From NCBI GenBank assembly GCA_002633005.1, contig NMRA01000435.1, positions 248,001 through 312,000 of the forward strand: a stretch of DNA of 64,000 bases. Reading direction: 5' to 3'. Position 1 is the first letter of the stretch; each line of letters begins with the position of its first letter. Positions 1-12,600 of the stretch are shown here, in pieces. The stretch comes from Phoronis australis (Eukaryota > Animalia > Phoronida). A program made the translations under genes and the position numbers. The notes beneath the pieces were generated by a model, which was given only the letters and a program-made list of their open reading frames with translations, ran no database searches and was not told where the DNA came from.

Positions 1-3000
1 GAGGATTAGGAGTAGGACACATAGACTTTTGGAAAATGATCATAACCCACGGTTCACAGTGTCGCAAATGTTATACCTGCATGTGCCTTCCATATAAGTA
101 CCCCCCGGCCCGGCCTGGACCTCCCCCCATGGGAAACAATACTCAGTCATAAAAAGACAAGTACAACAGCTCTCTACAACTTCCAGAGCAAATACAACTA
201 GAAAGAGTAAACATGCAATGTTAAACAAATCTGAAGGCTGTTACCAACCACTTCAGATCAGTTATGGTAGTACTCCACTGTCACTTAATAGCCATTTTTC
301 AATTTTTCAAAGGCTGATTATTTTACTGCAAATGACCAAAAATTACTAAAAGTTGTGTTATGACATCTACACAGTACAAACCATGCTGGTAATAGCCTAA
401 AATTTTCCTAATCTTTCTTTTTGAGGAGAAATTTGATAAAATAGAATTTCACTTGTCTGCCATATTGGACATCAATTAAGGGTAATTACAGTACCTGTCA
501 ATTATATGCACAAAAGTGACTGCGCGGGGGGGGGGGGGGCNGGGGGTGACCTCAACCAAGGTCTACCTTCACCATTGATGAGTAATTCAGGACAGCACAG
601 GTGTGGTAAATAACAAATTAATCAACAGGTTAATCGACTGATAATAGCAGACCATTCAGGAGCCTGCGATGCAGGTTAACTGTAGCACCACAAACACTGT
701 CCAGACTAGTCGAAATAAAAAAACACCACAAAGACCTTAAGCTTGCAGGTCGATTTACAAATGAGACGGATCCTAAAACTCTAGCCAGTATTCATGATTT
801 GAAATGCAGTATAGATAAAAAGATTATCTTTGAATTGCCTTAGGTTTTCTCAATCTTGCCTAAGAAAAAACTTGGTTATCATTTTGTGATGCCTATTAAA
901 CAGTCAGCACTTCTCTCAACCAACATGGACATCAACAAAAACAATGTTTACTGCTTGAAATGATCATGACCAGTAATCTTCAGTTTGTCGATTTAGAGTA
1001 TCAGATTACACTACCATACCGACCCCGTTTGCACACATTTGCCAGCGACAAAAATCCTCAAATTCGACATAATCGCCGGTGATCTTATAATTCCAATCTA
1101 GCAAAGGTCATCAAATTTGCAGAAATACTCAGAATTTCGCCAACTTTTATTTGAAGGCAACTGCACAGAACACACTATCAACTAAAATGCTTAAATCTGT
1201 ATTTTGCTGAAAAATTCAACAACATGAAATTTCACTGACGGTAAAAATTCTCCAATTTAGGACAGTGAAAAATTACTTATTTTGCTCAAGGTCAGAGCTT
1301 TTCCCAAATTCTAGAAATACACAATATCAAGAATCATCTGAAAGACAACAAAATTACCCACTCTGTAGATTGAAAACGCATAGACTGAAATTTGAGAAAT
1401 ATGAGAACGCTAAAATCGCTTTCGTGATCGTCCCAGTTATCTAGACCGAAGAACATTCAATTTTTGCGAGAATTTCCGTGTCTCAAGTTCTAGAGACAGT
1501 TTCACGGTGGAGAATTTTTACAGGGTATATCATATCATACTTTGGATTAAACTGAAGAAGCTGTATAGTGTGCAAAGGCATGGAGGAACTCTACCATTAC
1601 TTTCCTATGCTCAAGAAGACAGTCAGGACTGTCAATGTTGGTTTACTCAGACAGTCATCAGATAAGCCTATTACAAGTATAATAACCTGATGGCTGATGG
1701 AGAAACCTGGCAGCATGCCAGCCCCACGCCAGCAGGTCTGGTTAACCACACTAAAATTGAGTCGATCAGTCAGCGCAGGAAAGAGATGCAATTTTTGCAA
1801 AGATTGTACCAAGCGTTTGGTATCTGGCTGATGTAAAAATCATGTTTTACTTTTTTATGTGATGGGTGTGTTGATGCGTGTGTCCGGTGATATTTTGTTT
1901 TTGCACGCTATAGCAAAGACAGCAGGGTCTTAAGGATAACATTCCAAAGTTGATAGACAGAGTAAAACAGAATAGAAATGCTGGCTAAGTGATGCATGCG
2001 GCTTACAACCCCTCCAGAGATAAACAAACATTGGCCCTAAAAAATAATTGCCAAATATTGTCACTTCTTCATCAAGATGTCAGACATTGCCTGATGGCAG
2101 CTGACGCACAGCAGTTCAAAATAACAAAACATCAAATAAGAAGGTATCTTTACGAAACATTGAAGACAATCACTTGTCTGCTGTATTGTGTCCTGGTGAG
2201 ATTTTACCTTACCTAGACAGTCTTCTAGGTTGCAATATAGAATATTCACACAAACATCCAATGATCAGTCCAGTTTTGTGGTATGAGCAGAACCAAGAGT
2301 TGTAGAAGGGGAGGTGTGATTCTCTTACGCGTAATGGTCATGGTGGGTGTGAATTTGAGAGCTACCAGGAAAATGGTTGCCCAAGATAAATAGCAATTAA
2401 TGATGAAAATATACCAGCCATTTCTTTTGATTAGCCACAAAATGACGCCACCAGCAACGCAAAGCCAAAATAACCACCACAGGTAACAACTTGGAGACCC
2501 CAATACTCGTAAAACTTGGCGGTATGTCCCTAACAAACCCTCCCCCTGGTGGTGAGCATACCCCTGATTATTCAGTATTCTCCTCAACGTTTCCCCTCTC
2601 CCACATCAAAAGCAGACAGCTCCATGAAGAGAACACAAGACCGAAAGTAACATTGAGTTCTTCGGCTGACTATGCGCGATAATACCCACATGCGATGAGT
2701 TTTCTGTTGAATAATTTCTCCTGAAGAGCTGGGGGCTTTCAGGTTACTCAATAACTGGGTTCTTGACCTCAGCCATTTATGATAGTGATTAACCGATTTC
2801 TTGACTGTGTTTGGTTAGCCAACTAGGTGTTGAAGGTTTCAAAGCTAGTTTGGATCCGAAAAAGCCGCAGCAGTGAAGATGTGGAAAAGACACCCAACAA
2901 AATTTACAGCATGAACATGTTGAGAGCAATGTATGACATAATGTTCAAAGCCCTAGCATGTTCAGGGTTGGGTTACATATCGCACACAACAGGAATGATT

Positions 3001-4040
3001 TGGTGTGATTTGATAGCTGGTATGTGGGGTATCCAACATATAACTTTTACGCAAAACTCCCCCTCACGGGCTTACAACATAGGTAGACGTACAGGTAATA
3101 GATCTTTCAAAACTTCACTGGATTCTCTTCCTAAAATAAACGAGCAGCAATAAAGTGCCAAAATTCATGACGACAAACTGCTTACAACGGCTGAAAGTAA
3201 CTAACCCGCCACAACAAGAAAAGTTCACAAACGCGGTAATAAGCAATAACGAACTATCAGCTCTTTTACACTAAGAAAAGCATAAGAAGAACTCCGTTTC
3301 ATTACAGTAATTATGTCAAGCCTAAATCAAAAGCCGTTCTCCATGAAGAGGTATAGAGGTTTTTGTTGCAACCCGTGAAACAACAATTTTGCTGAGCAAG
3401 AACCAGGAGGGGAGGAGAATTGATGCAAGCTCGAGAAATTGGGCTTTTAATATACATTCATTTTAAGAGAAGTTAGACTGGTTTACTTGACTTGATTGTT
3501 GGCAACCTTTTCAACTTCTTGTAATTAAATCTCTCATGTGTACAATGCTGTACAGCAACAGACTTCTGCATTGATGACATCCAAGTAAAATCTGATCTTG
3601 GCATAATAAATACCCTTGTCACCTGTCCAGTGTGAATAGCCTTTTTACTCTAACCTCATCCTAAATATTCCTATTGGTGAAAGTTCAACTTGACACCATA
3701 TTGCAAATGTTTCTAACCAACGATCAAACCACTGTTTACCTTCGCTCATTCATTCGTAACACACGACATAATTTCCCACACCAGTTGTGACGTTTTTAAA
3801 CTTTGCCCAATTAACATTAACTAACAATTAGGCCACTGAGACTGGCAGCTGCCATGGACTATGAAGTCATTCATAACCCTCGCAAAGTATCCAACCATGA
3901 TACACACCTAGTGGTCACTATGACAGAAACTTTCTGAAGCAGGCATACACTGATGTTCATCACCATTTCACTAAATTCATGAACATAAACACCTCAATGA
4001 CTCTGTGCACATCCGTTAGTACGTAGTAACACCAGCATTT

Positions 4041-4260
4041 TACCGTAAACTCGCGGGTTAATGCCCATGCCCGGGTGATCGCCCATCCCCGACTTTTGAT
4101 CAATTTTCGGTTTACAAGCACCCATTGCTTGGGTAATTGCCCATCCCCGACTTTTTGCCAAGTTTTCGGTTTAAGCGCCCACTTCTTGGGTAATCGCCAA
4201 CACCCTGTCTCAGGGTTTCCAAATTTAAGCGCCCAGGGCGTAAACCTGCGAGTTTTCGGA
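4041..4260. mobile_element. MITE-like non-autonomous DNA transposon with internal repeats of about 60 bp
   Basis: Imperfect terminal inverted repeats taccgtaaactcgcgggttaatgccc and gggcgtaaacctgcgagttttcggaa. Three internal gggt(g/a)atcgcccatccccgac...aagcgccc units. Confidence 0.65.
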
Positions 4261-7200
4261 AATTTATAGCATGATAGGATAAAAATAAAGTCAAACTTTC
4301 ATCACTATAAAGTTCAATTATCTCTGTACTATAGATATTACTGTGCTGACCTGGGTTATCGCCCATATTCAGGTGAATGCTCGCTCACAAAATTTGCAAA
4401 TTTTCTTATGGCCAAATACTCCCCTCATGTCCTTTTGAACTCCTATCTCACCCAAAATTTAGATTCCAAAATGTACCAAAGTTTGCCCGCTAGTCCAGAA
4501 ACGAACAATCAACTGAGTTTTAAAGTCACCTCGCCTTGTTCGGGTAGGAAAATACCTGTAAGACTATAATCTACTATAATTCGTGTTTTATTTGATACTT
4601 GCTTGTCGGTTCAATGTGTTGGCCTGAATTGACCTTTCAGGTAAAATCTTTTTTGAATACTTACGCACGGCTTATACAAGTTGACTAAAAATCAGTAAAG
4701 TATGTTTGTTTGTTACTCCATCAAAAACTATAAATTTTCTTGAGTTTAATACCACAGTTTTCACAGGTGACAATTTTAATCTAGCTACGAATAAAACACA
4801 TTGGCTACTGGGACTCATTCCAATCCCCCGCAAATATGAACTTATGCTCCCAGTCAAGACAGACTAACACAGGCGTCATTTCCTGGAATCAGCAGATCTC
4901 AGAATGATACCTTTCTTCACCAATGAATAGCTCAGCATGAAGCAAACTTCTCACAATATTGAGATAGGTAGTTCATGTCAAAAGCTGAACTCAGTGGGAC
5001 CAGGTAAAGAGAGGTCAAACACTATGGTACAAGACAAAAGTAATGAAGACAAATCACTGTTTCCAGGTCATGACTGTTAATTTTGTTTACAGCACAAAAT
5101 GACTGGTAACAACTATTATGGCTGAGGAAAATTCTAATTACAGAACAACTTAACCACCTAACTATCTCTCCTGTTTATTCAATGTCATTCTCAGTCATGA
5201 GGGGAGACTACTCTGAATTTGACTTTTACACAGCCACAGTGACAGGGAATATTAAGGATCATTTTGTCAGAATGCTTTTGGCATGCATTGTATATATCAA
5301 CAATAAATCACTGGCCTTAGTGCCAACTGATCATGCATGTCTAAAATTGTATGGGGGAAGCTTGGAAATCAATACAATCAGCATGTGTGGCTTGATAGAT
5401 ATTCTTCTCCCATGCTTCTAAACCACACATATGCTCAGTTACTGACTGACCAGTGAAGTTGTATTACCACCTTCAGAGGTTTATTGTGGTCGGAGAATAT
5501 CTATATACAGAGGTAATTTTAGGAGCATGCCCCAAGCTATTGGCACATAAAAAATTTTATTTAACTCGGGCCAAACGACACGCTAAAACCGAGTCGAAAA
5601 TCACGCCTCATTTCACCCTGCCACTAGAGTGTACACGCATTGCATTTAAATCATATCCCAAATGACAATGCAGACCAATAAATATTATTTACATACTTGT
5701 TACCTGTCTATTGCAGACCCGTCAATATATTTTTTCACAATGTCTGTCACCAGACAACAAACTCAAGGTCAGTTTTAGGGGTTCAAGCTTACCTGCGTTC
5801 CATACTCACAAGACACGAGAATGAAAAGTTAGTGTATGTAATCACGTGTCTCTCTTGTAATGCATTGCGATATCTTGCTAGTTTCTTGCGTCTACGAAAT
5901 ACAGTCATTGAACGAAGAAAAAATGATGAGGAGGCTCAAACTCCAAATTCAAATTTCGTTCCATTTCCGGTACAGGGAACAATTACTTTTGCCAAAATCC
6001 CACGCTGTCACTATCAAAGTTTCGCCATTGACGCACATTATTGGGAGGCATCTATTCCCTCCAGATAATTACTTCCTACAGCTCAATGCAAAAATACAGA
6101 TCCCAACTGTTTGGTTCAATTGAAATGCGGTTTGCCTCTGCCACAGTAATGCACTGGGATACCAGACAAAATCTTGAGCAAAAGATGCCACTCAAAAAAA
6201 TTAAATCGGAAAAGAGCATTAAAACAACCCACAGGTCTTCTAAATTAACCTAGATAGATTTGTGGCCATGTGACTCAATTGGCCCAAAATGATCCCAGGG
6301 CACATGACAAAGATGTTGACAGGTGAAGGCAAGACTTTTTACTAATTAAATGTTTACAGATCAAGTGGCATAATGACAGTTTAAAGTCTACTTTTATCAT
6401 TGGCAAGACGCCCCCTTATGCCTCAGAGACATAAACACTATGATAATAAACAACCTAAAACCCCCAGATCTGAAGGAAGTAGGATTTCACAAGGCAAAGG
6501 TTAAAATCTGCACTTAACATCATTCTTGTTTCTGACTGCATAATTCAAATTATGTTAATATATGCTAATGTGTTGGTAGCCCAGATAGCACCTGCATGTT
6601 ATCACCACCTCTGACGCAAAAACAGACCGACAAAATTACAACAGGTCATAAAGTCATAACGCATGAAGTGACCAAGCTCAAAATTCTCTCAAAAACATTT
6701 AACGGCATTCTCCATCATATCGCCTCTGTCCAATGACTTCACCCAATATCTTAAGTAGCTAAATAGAAGTGTAAAAAACTGGAGATTGCCAAACAGATAT
6801 CAAGTACGGTAAGCCTTCCCTAAAGCTGAATGATGAATGCGATTAGTTTGCAGACAGAAAATGTACTCAGTTAAAACCGACAAGTATTCTTTTGAGGGAT
6901 TACTGCTGATGGAACGGGCTTCTTGAGAGAATGGAGAGCTTGTTATGACGCTGCTTCACCGACGATTATCTACTTCTGTAAATTGCGAGGTGTAACTTTT
7001 GAATATGACACGTTCCATTCACAATGTCTAAGAATTATCCGCGACAAGCGACAGGGGGTGGAACTGCTCAGATATGTTAGATGAGGGCCGTGAGAAATCG
7101 GATACGATGCCTTGAGGCTCGCCAGTTAGCTTTTGTTGTTCAGTGGGTGTTAGTTTCATGCAATAAATTTTAACCCGCAAGTAAACGAGGACCAACTAAG

Positions 7201-8731
7201 AGAATAAATTACCAGAGCCCAGCCACAAACACTAACCATCTCATGGATGTCAGAAGTATTCACTCATTTCGTCTACTTTTATGAAGTCGAATATTGGTCC
7301 AACAAATCACTTGCATGTCATCCAAAAAAAAACAACGATCTACTTTACAAAGAACAGTTATTCCCAGTAAAACTGACCCAAGAGTCCACGATAATTTTTC
7401 TGTCGAAACATCAAATATGCAATCGTCCCCTGATAACCCGTGCCATGAAAATTTCATGGTCAGATACAGAAGGTGTTTATGGTCACTTCACAAATACCCT
7501 ATAATTCATTGGTCAACACAGTACATCTACCCATTCAATACACAAGGGATCAAAATCAATGAATCACATGCAACAATAGATGTGTACTCCACCAGGTGAC
7601 TACACTGGTAGAACCACTCATTAAATATCAGACACCAATATTCAAACTGTTTCAACAATTAAGAAGCATAGCTCAAGCCCACCATGTTTAAGATGGGGAT
7701 AGATCTACTTCAGAGCAGTGACCTCAGAATGTAACCAGAGCCTTGTTATTAAATGACCAGTCACTTAAACTATTAAATATCAAAAGAGAAGTATGATGCG
7801 GAAAATAGGTCTGCTATTAGTGTAAATTTATATCCCACAAGGTCAGGAAATGAGTTTCGCATGTTGAACTCTGTACAAGAACAAGCCGCCCTTGTTGTGG
7901 ATACACTAGGTACTAACAAGTGCAACATCAGAATGGCATCGGTGTATTTCTTATACCAGGTTCACATGCTAACTAACGCTGCTAGTGTTATCACTATTAG
8001 CAAAACATTGTACTGTGAACGGTCGCAAGGGCCACTTTTGCTAGAGGTTTGTACTCCAAAATTACTGGAGTTTTCACCAGCATTTTCATAGCCAGACTGC
8101 TTACTTCAAAAGACTCACATGCGCAGGGATAAGGGACTTTGTTTTATCGACACGACGGGAGAGAATGAGAGTATTTTGAAATCAATTTTCACTTAAAAGT
8201 GAATCAAGTAGCGAGGAACTAACTGCGGGCGAAGATGACCCCATTACAGACAGCTCGTCTGTTCGGTTAAAATGCTAGCATTTTCGCTATCATTTTAGCC
8301 AGCGAAACTGATAGCATTTTCGACACACATTTGAACCTAGTGAGAGATACTGTCTGCATGAATGGCTAGAGACATGTTGCAATGTCTGATAGCAAACAGA
8401 AATATGAACCGTTTCCTTTATGCTGTAATAATCCAGGAAGTTCTTACTGTGCAATGGGCAAGCTATTACCCTACTTTATTTAGAACTTACTGGCAATATG
8501 GATTGTATTCATTCAGGAAATGCGTACTGTAATCCTGACATGATATGTGAAACTTTGATTTACCCCAAGTGACAAATACTACAACTATAGACAGAATGGA
8601 CCTTGACATTGAATCATTTGGCAAAGCAATAAAAATAACCGTTGAAGCCTCTTGATTTCTGTAAAGCGTTTTAGCAACAAGAAAGATTTCTAAGACAGAA
8701 ATAGTCAAACCTCGCAAAACAAGCAACCAAC

Positions 8732-9667
8732 TCAAGTGAAGAATGAAACAAGTTTGAAGTACGTACCGACAAGAGCAACTAGCTTTTGTGCTGTCAACTT
8801 TTCTTGTATCTGATGCATGAGTTCTTGTCTGGGATAGTAGTATGCAACGGGTTTGGGTAAATGTCTGATCACGGTATTATCTGGTGGCCTCACTTTGGTC
8901 ATGTTGAATGTGATTGGATGACCACTCTTCGGAGGGGACATCAGTAAAGTCTCTTCATCCTCTGGTCGACCCTCGCTCAGAAACACGGGAAAGCTGCGTT
9001 TCAACGACCTGTCCCTGTAGGCTTTATACACGATGTACACGATATCCACAAGGGCAATGAGCACGGCGAAGAGTGCAAATAGGAACATCAGGCTCAGATA
9101 GGCCATCTTGCCCGACGGCTTTGGGACGATGCACGGGTAAAACTTTGTGTCAGTCATATTGACGGAGATCTGCAGAGTGTGTGTGCAATTATATACATTA
9201 GGAACATAAAACCCATAATATTTTGTTTGCAGAACCAGCGAGGCAATCTCAAAGGAGATTCGCACAACTGTCTGTATGATGTAACCGACCATGATGCGTG
9301 TGATGATAGATCGCAGGCGATTCTTGTGAGTGTTAACCTGGTACTTAGCATAGGCTGTGTACAGGATCCATGTGATCGCCACAGCGCACGCGAACCCTAT
9401 CCAGAATAACATGTGTGGCACGGGCCAATAGAAGGCATCGTAGCAGTAATGGCGGTCGACAGTGGTCTCCTTGTGTGGGATGTCACAGCGGAGCAAGTCG
9501 CCATCGTAGACCGCCAGAATGGCGATGAAGAGGAGGATGAACCGGACGACAACGAAGGCAAGAACCTGCGCCTCGCCCAGGTACGTGATCACCTCCGGGT
9601 GGAAGAAATGTGTCACCGTTGTGCTTCTGAACAGTGTTGGCATCCTGACGGGTGATGACCGTTTCAT
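8732..9667 (-). CDS. Connexin-like four-transmembrane protein with C-terminal STAND/NB-ARC-like pre-P-loop segment
   Basis: Acceptor ttggCAG|G starts the exon at 9677, with ATG at 9667. The translation aligns by eye to the connexin pattern: ITYLGEAQVLAFVVVRFILL (cf. ST.GK.WL..LFIFRIL), CYDAFYWPVPHMLFW (cf. CYD..FPISH.R.W), YIIQTVVRISFEIASLVLQTKYYGF (cf. Y...I..K..FEV.F...Q..LYGF), and CIVPKPSGKMAYLSLMF (cf. CF.SRPTEKTIF..FM). A phase-1 donor G|GTACGT follows LVALVG at 8767. Read-through stops at 8732, giving 311 aa. Confidence 0.8.
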   Translation of the reverse strand: MKRSSPVRMPTLFRSTTVTHFFHPEVITYLGEAQVLAFVVVRFILLFIAILAVYDGDLLRCDIPHKETTVDRHYCYDAFYWPVPHMLFWIGFACAVAITWILYTAYAKYQVNTHKNRLRSIITRIMVGYIIQTVVRISFEIASLVLQTKYYGFYVPNVYNCTHTLQISVNMTDTKFYPCIVPKPSGKMAYLSLMFLFALFAVLIALVDIVYIVYKAYRDRSLKRSFPVFLSEGRPEDEETLLMSPPKSGHPITFNMTKVRPPDNTVIRHLPKPVAYYYPRQELMHQIQEKLTAQKLVALVGTYFKLVSFFT

Positions 9668-12600
9668 GCTGGCCAACCTGCCAATAGAACACAACTGTAT
9701 AGTACAGGTAATATAATAATACAATATAACATACGATAATTTTTAACATATTTAGTACATAATATGACAGACAAGTAAAATTACATTTTGTCAAATTTCT
9801 CCACATAAGTTAATATTAAGAACATTTTAGTCTATTACAAGCATGGTTTGTAGTGTGTAACACCATTTGGTAAATATTCCGTAATAGCAAGGTAACACAA
9901 GCTAATCAGCCTTTGAAAAATGGACAACGGGTCATTTTCGCAATTACTCATGTGCAAAATAAGAGAGAAATACCGTAACAGAAATACACACACATGAAAT
10001 CTCATATCGTACACGCCAATATGGCATTTTAGCAATATAAGAGAAAACCCATTGGTTACAATGTTACATGAATGCACTACACAAATTAAATCGTCAATAC
10101 TCAAATTTTACCAGTACATATTTGCAAAACATTAGAAGTGATAATTAAGGTCGCGACAACCAAACACCTGATTTTATATCTAAGGCTAACATTGCTGATT
10201 CAGTAGATTCCTAAAAAGTTAGGCTCTATTCATAGTCATCTTAATTTTTTTGATTAGCACTCTTGTACAGGCACAGGTCCTCAGTCACCAAATATTCGCT
10301 GAGAGTACTGCTCACAGACCAAATACTAGTTACTGCTGTTCTGAATTAAATGTTCTAGATGCCTTAGGGCATGAATTCAAAATTGGAATTCTTTGGCAAT
10401 TGTAACTTTATCAAGGAATCTAATGACAAAAGAACAGACCAGATAAAACTAAATATAAGGTTTACCTAAAACAAGCTTTCAAAGAATACTACTGTAGAGT
10501 GTCTACCCGTGACATGCAAAGCGTTTTAGATTTTTTACACCGTAGTTGTTAACTAAATGTAAATTGTAATGAAATTTACTTCACTTGCATTGATCGTATA
10601 ATTGGGAGCTTCTGTGCATAGCTTCCAGGGTCAGTAAAATATAGTTGATCCCAGATTGTGAACAAGTTTCCTGCTCATTACTACTGGAAGAAACTGGTTC
10701 TCAGGATATGGGACAACCATGTTTTACCAGTACTAGACTACAGCATCGGGGTAACACCTCTTGTTGACATATTGCTTTACAAGTTACAAAGTTGCAATAT
10801 ACAGTGGCCTAACAAAGGTAAACTTCATCCCAACAATGAATAACATGGCAATCACACATTTTTAGCCATCTAAATTATCTGGACTGGACACCTTTGTCAA
10901 ATTTTTTTTTTAACTTCGGAATTGAAAAATTTATCTTCAAATTTAATTAACGATACCTGAAATTACATATTTCCCAGAATCGCCTCATACATCTTGGAGC
11001 TAAACGTTATTCATAATCTCAACCCATTGAATTAGTCCAAAGAAATACATTTGAAAATTTTGAAGGAGTTGAAATGATTTAAATACTTTACAACGTTGGA
11101 AGTACAGTAAATCTGACTTCCTGATAAGTTAGGTGACTAAAATACAAGATTACAAAATAATGCAATCTCAAACAGATTTAGCAATGGTTTGCTTTCAAGG
11201 CCAAGTATCTGATGAATGCAATTGTTTCATAAATTGAAATGGACAGTTTGAAGTGGAAGTTGAAAGCATTCCACTCTCAAGTTTACAAGGAATAGAAACT
11301 GACACAGACTGTACGAGTCTTAACATGGCCCTGCATAACTGAGGATTTAAGGAACACCAGCTGTTATCTTTGCCATCATCTAGTCTAGCATGAATCTTTG
11401 GCAAGACACCACGATTTACAAAACGTCTCTTGGTGGCTTTTGATAGTGAAATTTGCCACAGTTAGGGCCATTGTCACTGGAATTAACAGGGAGACCCGTC
11501 ACTGCAACCTGGTTAGACTTTGAAACCTAGAAGACGAACAGCGAAGCATGACATAGACTACGGTGACGGCGCGAAACATCGGAGCCTAAGTCCGAATAAT
11601 CCAAAGTCATTGAGAAAAGCACACAAAATTGATCGCGATTACCGACACTCACCAAGGCTATTTTCTAATCTTCACACGCTTGAACGCAGAAGCTGTCAAC
11701 CACCGATACATGATCACGTAGGCATGGTCATGAATAAAGCGAAATAAAGAATAAAACAGAGGGGCAAAAGTCCACCTCAATCATATATATCGAGACTGCG
11801 TCGCTTTGCACCTTTTCTACCTCTCACTAGCAAGAGTTCAAATGCCCGAAAACTACAATCGTGCCATCTATTGAGCCAATGGCGATTTCAGTCCGAATTC
11901 CTTTTGATGCCTTTTAATAAGCGAAACGTGACAAGTATTGGAAGTTGGGGTTTATAAGGCTGTTTTGCAACATAGCATGCACTTATGTACACTGCTTGCT
12001 TATCGAAAGCGCACATTCCAATTCCCAAGTGCTTCAGTAGAAATTTGATCGTGATCTTCATTGGGATAAAGACGAAATGCTTTCACGTGAATAATCTTCC
12101 ATTTACTGAAGAAAACAACTTCACTTCGTTTCGGTGTTAAGCAATGAAACTGCTTATGAGAAGTAGAATTTACCTCAAACTTCAGCACCAAATGAGGACA
12201 ATTTTATTTCATAAACTTTCAAATGATGCTCTTTCCGGCTAATTACATCTGCATTTATGCACCAAGAAGAAAGCAATTCATCATTACCACAAAATCGTAA
12301 TATAATTTCAGAACATCCCATTATTTCTTAGACATTCCAGCATAGGGTAAACTCGATTGCACTCTCCCACGCGCGCACCCAGGGGGCTCGGCAGACCATC
12401 TTATAGCCATCTTTCCTCCACGTCCTCATTTTGCTAGCTTTTGTAATTAAATTATTGTTTTTATTTACATATTCATATAAGTGCTTATTTATGCATCTAT
12501 AAATCATTTAGTATTCTTCGGCAGTAGTGCCTCTCTGCTGCATTATTTAATTAATTTTACAGATACTAAACCTGCTATAGGGCAGAACACATCGATCGTG

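Noticed and set aside
525-547. Poly-G tract as a G-quadruplex
   Set aside because: It contains an N at 541, so the run length is unreliable and probably reflects a contig join.
2246-2587. Hydrophobic 113-aa ORF
   Set aside because: No recognisable family motif or splice context; consistent with chance.
4672-4857. KFIVFDGV as a possible Walker B exon for the putative STAND domain
   Set aside because: There is an in-frame stop before the nearby donor, no preceding Walker A exon, and no supporting motifs.
8487-8735. ORF with VVVFVTWGKS directly after the connexin-like ORF, as a possible P-loop continuation
   Set aside because: It lacks the GxxxxGK[ST] pattern and a compatible acceptor. It looks like intron or UTR sequence.
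9154-9806. Several overlapping ORFs in other frames and strands
   Set aside because: They are shadows of the GC-richer connexin-like exon and have no recognisable motifs.
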